DNA of 29,318 nt, taken from positions 1 through 29,318 of IMG/VR virus record IMGVR_UViG_3300032295_003626, one strand, 5' to 3'. Below, piece by piece: positions 24,796 through 29,318 of this stretch. Position 1 is the stretch's first letter. Each line of letters opens with the position of its first letter. The stretch is from a virus. Its lineage: Duplodnaviria > Caudoviricetes. The notes beneath the pieces were generated by a model. It was not told where the DNA came from. It saw only the letters and a list, made by a program, of their open reading frames with translations, and did not search any database. The position numbers were made by a program, and so were the translations under genes.

Positions 24796-25959
24796 TTACT
24801 TAACTTTTGGCAATGCCGCAAGTGACTTAATCACAAGTGGTTGCCTTGCTTTATTGATGAGCCTTTTTGCGAAGCCCGTTAGAACAATCGCATGAGGTTC
24901 AATTTGAATGACTTGCGCTTTTTGCTTTTTGGCTTTTCGCGCTTTTCGGCTTTGCATCTTGGCAAAGTCAAGTCCTTTATCCCAAGCACTTTGCAAGGAT
25001 TGCCCCTCGCGCACCTTAAATGCCAGTCGCTCAAGACTTTGCTGTAACGCGGTCTTCTTTTCTGTGGACTTGCGCTTTGGAAGCACAAATGCTTGGCTTT
25101 CAACAAGTTGCTTGAACTCGTTTAAGAGCTGGATAGCTTGCAAAGTGCTGGATCTCAACATCTTGCTTGGCTCATAGCAAGCCTTTGCTTGGTAACGAGT
25201 TACCAAGGCACGCTTTGCTCGCGCCGCAAGCTCATGAATATCAGCATCTTCCGAAAAATACTCCATAAGAGTTTCTTGAACGCTAAACCCTTGAAGATCA
25301 GCGAGTTGGTTGTAATGCTCCCAAGCAAACTCGCGAGCTTTTGAGCTGTAACTCTCTGCCCTTGTGCGACTTGCAAAGGTTTGCTCTTTAGTCACAAGAT
25401 ACAATTCCCGGCGAGCTTCTCGCGCCGCTTCTTTCCAAGCGTCTTTCAATGAAGGACTTGCGCCGCTTGCTTTTTGGTTTGCAAGTGCCTTCATAAGAGC
25501 GACTCGCGCAGCCAAAAATATCTCATCCAAGTCGTTATCGGACAAGGGTTTAACTTTGCCGGTTTCGCTCCAATCTTGAATTGATACAAGTTTCTTGGAA
25601 CGCTTTGATATGGAGTGACTTATGGAAGCGGGAATCTTTTCGCCGTCCTCTCCGCCCTTTTCCCAAAGCCGACCGCATTCATGGAAGTGCTTGAGGTTCT
25701 TGGTGATACGAAAAGCGACTTTGTTTATCTCGCTTTCAAATTCACCACTTGTCGCAGTCATAACACGCTCTCTATCAGGGCGTTGCTTTGACTCATTTAT
25801 TCTTGTCTTACGATAAGACTCAACATACTCATCGCCAAGCTCTTGAGCGATAGCTTCATACGACATGATGGAAAATTTTCCATCCGACGCAAGGATCGCT
25901 TCAAATCCTTTGGGCTGTGAGGTTTGCATTGTCTTTTGTGTTTTGTTTGGTTTCTTCAT
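24796..25959 (-). CDS. basic, AT-rich hypothetical protein, first gene of the left arm
   Basis: Long ORF with own promoter and terminator; start placed at 25959, downstream of the promoter. Confidence 0.75.
   Translation of the reverse strand: MKKPNKTQKTMQTSQPKGFEAILASDGKFSIMSYEAIAQELGDEYVESYRKTRINESKQRPDRERVMTATSGEFESEINKVAFRITKNLKHFHECGRLWEKGGEDGEKIPASISHSISKRSKKLVSIQDWSETGKVKPLSDNDLDEIFLAARVALMKALANQKASGASPSLKDAWKEAAREARRELYLVTKEQTFASRTRAESYSSKAREFAWEHYNQLADLQGFSVQETLMEYFSEDADIHELAARAKRALVTRYQAKACYEPSKMLRSSTLQAIQLLNEFKQLVESQAFVLPKRKSTEKKTALQQSLERLAFKVREGQSLQSAWDKGLDFAKMQSRKARKAKKQKAQVIQIEPHAIVLTGFAKRLINKARQPLVIKSLAALPKVK
25804..25820. repeat. 17-bp palindromic motif, copy 10 (intragenic)
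   Basis: TGTCTTACGATAAGACT. Confidence 0.8.
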
Positions 25960-25968
25960 AAGGATAAA

Positions 25969-25997
25969 AAGATACCACAAAGCGATGAGCTTTGCAA
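25969..25997 (-). promoter_or_regulatory. sigma70-like leftward promoter
   Basis: TTGCAA-N17-TATCTT with TGn extension; ATG 9 nt downstream of the -10. Confidence 0.6.
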
Positions 25998-26050
25998 TAA
26001 CTTTTAACTTATTGATTATCAATGGAAAAGAATCTTTTCAAATCCTTTTC

Positions 26051-26183
26051 CATATATAATACAATGAATGATTCACGAGTCACAATCCATTGAAAATCAA
26101 AGACTTTCAAATTCATTCTCTCGTTCACTCTCTTCATATATAATACAAGAGGTGATTTAAGAGTCACAAAATATTGAATATCA
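26051..26183. repeat. two 49-bp imperfect direct repeats (26051-26099, 26135-26183)
   Basis: CATATATAATACAA...GAGTCACAA...ATTGAA.ATCA; 39/49 identical by manual alignment; 84-bp period. Confidence 0.8.
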
Positions 26184-26206
26184 GCAGTTTATGAAAGAAT
26201 CGGCTA

Positions 26207-26240
26207 AAATAAGCATAATTATGTATAATTATGCTTATTT
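26207..26240. repeat. 34-bp AT-rich inverted repeat
   Basis: AAATAAGCATAATTAT-GT-ATAATTATGCTTATTT, perfect 16-bp arms. Confidence 0.9.
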
Positions 26241-26346
26241 ATCCGTCCATTAAAAAATGCTGATAGGCCGGGGTGGCCGTCCATTTGGAATTGGTGAAGC
26301 CGTCCGTGTGGAATTGGTGAAAGGTTGACCGCTGCCGTGTGGTGGT

Positions 26347-26589
26347 ATGAGCACGGACTGGTTGGAAATTTATCGCGACTATGCGGGGGATGAGTTGGAG
26401 GCGGAGATCACGCGGATGAAGCAGGAGGCGACGGTGTATCTCTCGCAGAACATCGCGGATAAGAGCTACCAGAAGTCCCTGGACGAAGTGCGGAACCGGC
26501 TCCATGCGGCGATCCGTGTGCGGAATGAGCGGCGGAATCGGGATATGCCGAGCTGGGGTGTGCCGGACTTCTCGGCTGGGATTCATTGA
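26347..26589 (+). CDS. possible gpW-like head-completion protein
   Basis: 80 aa with helix / beta-hairpin (SQNIADKSYQK) / helix layout like lambda gpW; inference. Confidence 0.5.
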   Translation: MSTDWLEIYRDYAGDELEAEITRMKQEATVYLSQNIADKSYQKSLDEVRNRLHAAIRVRNERRNRDMPSWGVPDFSAGIH

Positions 26590-26606
26590 CAGGATTTCGG
26601 GTGGGT

Positions 26607-26768
26607 ATGGAAAAGCGACTGGAAGGTGAGGACAAGGTGCGGATGCTGGAGCGGGAGATGCGGCGTCCGTCTGGTGGCGGGTCGTGTCCGAAGTGTGGGA
26701 ATATTAACCACAGAGGACACAGAGGGCACGGAGGAAAGCAACCAAAAGCGGACGAGTCCGCAGATTAA
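26607..26768 (+). CDS. small hypothetical protein (CPKC)
   Basis: Fills the gap in the operon; contains the ACCACAGAG repeat. Confidence 0.45.
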   Translation: MEKRLEGEDKVRMLEREMRRPSGGGSCPKCGNINHRGHRGHGGKQPKADESAD

Positions 26769-26770
26769 AT

Positions 26771-27289
26771 ATGGCCGACCGTCTGTGTGTGTGTGGAGTG
26801 GCTGGTGCTGGCAAGTCGGCCCTGGCGCGGGTGCTGGCGCGCGACTATGGGTATGCGGTGGTGAAGTTTGCAGATCCGCTCAAGGATATGCTGCGGGTGT
26901 TGGGCTTGGGTGTTGCTGAGTTGGAAGGTGACAAGAAGGCTGCGCCGAGCGAGTTGCTCTGCGGCAAGTCGCCGCGATGGGCGATGCAAAGTCTTGGCAC
27001 GGAGTGGGGTCGCCAGATGCTGGGTGAGTCGCTGTGGGTGGATGCTTGGCGGCGGCGGGTCGAGGCGATGCCTGTGGGGGCGAAGATCGTGGTGGATGAC
27101 TGCCGCTTCCCGAACGAGTTGGAAGCGGCGAGGTCGCTGGGGTTTGTGCCGGTGCGGATATGGCGCGAGGGGGCTGGAGGCGCTGGCGAGCATCTCTCGG
27201 AATGCGCGCTGGATGGGGTGTGGATGCCGGAATTTGCAAACCACGGGACGCCGGAGAATTTGGCGCGGGTCATCCTGGGGGAGACATGA
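26771..27289 (+). CDS. deoxynucleoside monophosphate kinase (T4 gp1-like)
   Basis: GVAGAGKS, FADPLK, PRWAMQSLGTEWGR, DDCRFPNE, HLSE. Confidence 0.9.
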   Translation: MADRLCVCGVAGAGKSALARVLARDYGYAVVKFADPLKDMLRVLGLGVAELEGDKKAAPSELLCGKSPRWAMQSLGTEWGRQMLGESLWVDAWRRRVEAMPVGAKIVVDDCRFPNELEAARSLGFVPVRIWREGAGGAGEHLSECALDGVWMPEFANHGTPENLARVILGET

Positions 27290-27474
27290 AGATCGACTTT
27301 TCAATTCGGCTGGTGCTGTGCGCGAACGATGTGGCCGTGGGGCCGCGCTTGCACAGGGACAAGCCATTTCCCCGCTATGAGTTGAGCTACCCCGATACGC
27401 CCGAGGGGCGCGAGAAGGCCGAGGCCGACTTGGAGCGGATCAAAAAATATGTGGAATCCTATGGAAAAAAATAA
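27286..27474 (+). CDS. hypothetical protein
   Basis: Start MKIDFS at 27286 (ATGA overlap). Confidence 0.65.
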   Translation: MKIDFSIRLVLCANDVAVGPRLHRDKPFPRYELSYPDTPEGREKAEADLERIKKYVESYGKK

Positions 27475-27643
27475 GCCCGCCGTCGATTCGCGACTGCTGT
27501 TTTTCAATGCCTTACGGGAAAAGTTCAGGCGTCCGCTCTTGCCTGTCGAGCCGCCCATCGCGGACGACACGGAGGCCGTCCCTCCGCTTCGGCAGATGGG
27601 GCTTGCCGAGTATATCGCGGCGCGGAAGCGCGGGGAGAGATGA
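27461..27643 (+). CDS. hypothetical protein
   Basis: Start MEKNKP at 27461. Confidence 0.5.
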   Translation: MEKNKPAVDSRLLFFNALREKFRRPLLPVEPPIADDTEAVPPLRQMGLAEYIAARKRGER

Positions 27644-27661
27644 CAGCAAACTTGAAGTAAA

Positions 27662-27961
27662 ATGAAAATCGAAGACGAGATTACGGGGCTGACAGAGAAA
27701 TGGTATGAACTCATCGGGGATGAGCACCATAAGGATCGGGACTGCCATTGGTATGTCGAGACGCGCTGGAGCTATGGGTTGCCGCAAGTGTATGTGGTCG
27801 TGCATGAGGGATATACCTTTGAGCGGATCGAGGAGGAATACAATACCTACGCCGAGGCTCTGGAGGGGTTGAAGGGATACTTGGAGCGAGCCATCTCCGA
27901 GGAAAACGCCGAGCGCGATGACAGCGATGAGGGCGAGGAAGAAGACGAGGAAGATTTATGA
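27662..27961 (+). CDS. acidic hypothetical protein
   Basis: 99 aa; stop overlaps the exonuclease start. Confidence 0.7.
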   Translation: MKIEDEITGLTEKWYELIGDEHHKDRDCHWYVETRWSYGLPQVYVVVHEGYTFERIEEEYNTYAEALEGLKGYLERAISEENAERDDSDEGEEEDEEDL

Positions 27962-28503
27962 AAACAAAAATGGTGGTGGTGGATACGGAGACAGGGGGCT
28001 TGCGGGCGGATCGCCATGCGTTGCTCTCTATAGCGGCGGTCGATGCGGAAAGTGGTGAGGCGTTTCACGCTCTCATTCGCCCTTCGGCAGATTGGATCGT
28101 GGAGGCGGGAGCCTTGGAGGTGAATGGCTTGACGCTGGATTTCCTGCGTGATGCGGGCCGCGCCGAGTCGGTGGTGATGACTGATTTTCAACTCTGGATG
28201 GATGCTCGGCGTGGGGCGATGGTGGCTGGCTGCAATGTGGCCTTTGACCTCGGGTTCTTGGACGCTGCGGCGAAGCGGTGCGGCTTGAAGTGGCAATCTG
28301 GCCGTTCGCTCGATATTCGCGGAGCGGCATGGCTCGCCTATGAGACGAAGGGGCTGGAGCTTGCAATCGGCAAGGATGGCAACCCCAAGCTCTCGCTCGA
28401 CAGCATCGCGGGTGCGCTCGGCTTGAGTCGCACGAGCGAGAAACATAACGCGCTGGAGGACGCATTGCTTACTCTGGCGTGTTTCCGCGAGTTGCTGGGA
28501 TGA
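27958..28503 (+). CDS. DEDDh 3'-5' exonuclease (DnaQ-like)
   Basis: VVVDTETGG (ExoI), NVAFDLGFL (ExoII), HNALEDA (ExoIII). Confidence 0.9.
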   Translation: MKTKMVVVDTETGGLRADRHALLSIAAVDAESGEAFHALIRPSADWIVEAGALEVNGLTLDFLRDAGRAESVVMTDFQLWMDARRGAMVAGCNVAFDLGFLDAAAKRCGLKWQSGRSLDIRGAAWLAYETKGLELAIGKDGNPKLSLDSIAGALGLSRTSEKHNALEDALLTLACFRELLG

Positions 28504-28641
28504 ACATTTTTGGAGGAAATGGGATTGCGGCGGCGCGCGGGTTTCGCGCTGGTTAGCATAGCCCCAGGGTCGTAACCGCATAAAAGCGACCCCCTTCATT
28601 TTTTTTAACCACAGAGAACACGGAGAACACGGAGGAAGATT

Positions 28642-29178
28642 ATGAGTGAGTGGGAGACATTTTGTGACATCAGCTACTACCATTTGTGGCGGGTGCGTCG
28701 GAAGAATGAGCGGGGGTTTAATGATGGGTATCACCTCCAGAATGGGGAAGAGGCGCAGGCTTTGGTGGAGTTACTGAACCGACTGGAACGCGAGTGCGTT
28801 GAGGTGACTAAGGATTTGGAGTTTCGTCGCGAGCTTTACAAGGTTCAAGAACAATACCTTGAAACGGCAAGACGCGAGCGCGACGAATGGCGCAAAAAAT
28901 TCGAACTATCTGTTGATGCTGTGGAAATAGCTGCACGCTTAGCGCGAGCCGAAAGCGAGCGCGATGAGGCCATCAAGCAAATTCACGAGGAAGCAAGGGA
29001 TTATGAGTTGCAGATTAAAAAACTTTGCGAGGCTTACAACGATTTAGGAGAGCAAAACGCCAAGCTACGCGCCGAACTCGACCAACTGAAGGAGGGTGCG
29101 AAATGCCCCGTTTGCACGCCTGAACAGAAATGCTGGGAGTGCGCCGACGATACATCGCTGAAGGAGGGCGCGAAATGA
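28642..29178 (+). CDS. coiled-coil phage protein with C-terminal CxxC-CxxC
   Basis: Repeated ERDE-type heptads; CPVC..CWEC; RBS GGAGG. Confidence 0.7.
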   Translation: MSEWETFCDISYYHLWRVRRKNERGFNDGYHLQNGEEAQALVELLNRLERECVEVTKDLEFRRELYKVQEQYLETARRERDEWRKKFELSVDAVEIAARLARAESERDEAIKQIHEEARDYELQIKKLCEAYNDLGEQNAKLRAELDQLKEGAKCPVCTPEQKCWECADDTSLKEGAK

Positions 29179-29318
29179 GTGATACACCCGAGACAGATGC
29201 GGCGTATAATGCTGTTGTAATTTCCACCGAAGCCGGGGATTCGTTACCGAAAGCCACGGCAATGTTGAAGCTCGCCCGCAAACTAGAACGCGAGCGCGAC
29301 GAGCTGGCCGCATTACTC
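29175..29318 (+). CDS. phage coiled-coil protein, partial (MSDTPETDA...ARKLERERDE)
   Basis: ATGA overlap with GGAGG RBS; frame open to the window end. Confidence 0.65.
   Translation, partial: MSDTPETDAAYNAVVISTEAGDSLPKATAMLKLARKLERERDELAALL

Noticed and set aside
26207-26240. XerCD dif site
   Set aside because: GCATAA...TTATG is similar, but the spacer would be 10 bp rather than 6 and the arms are symmetric
1-29318. Integrase, transposase, terminase or major capsid genes
   Set aside because: No supporting motifs seen, so element boundaries and lifestyle cannot be determined from this window

Overview
Phage-like (possibly phage-plasmid or prophage) DNA with two divergent arms. The left ~26 kb is a dense, translationally coupled (many ATGA overlaps) minus-strand run of ~55 mostly small genes. 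It includes an SNF2-type helicase, a ParB-family protein, a stand-alone ligase-type nucleotidyltransferase domain, a DUF2958-like protein, a divergent beta sliding clamp, and a complete prokaryotic ubiquitin-like cassette (Ubl 20696-20920, E2 19680-20411, E1/ThiF 18740-19444, JAB 16073-17143) interleaved with two acidic paralogues. Just upstream of the Ubl is a 137-nt tRNA-shaped RNA with a ~70-nt structured insertion in place of the anticodon loop, and there are further candidate structured ncRNAs at 21218-21380 and 22526-22844. Ten copies of a 17-bp imperfect palindrome (AGTCTTATCGCAAGACT) occur between 11 and 26 kb, often at gene junctions. An AT-rich divergence region (25960-26240) holds a sigma70-like promoter, two 49-bp direct repeats and a 34-bp inverted repeat. 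The plus-strand right arm encodes a gpW-like protein, a dNMP kinase, a DEDDh exonuclease and coiled-coil proteins. All calls come from reading motifs by eye; no searches were run.
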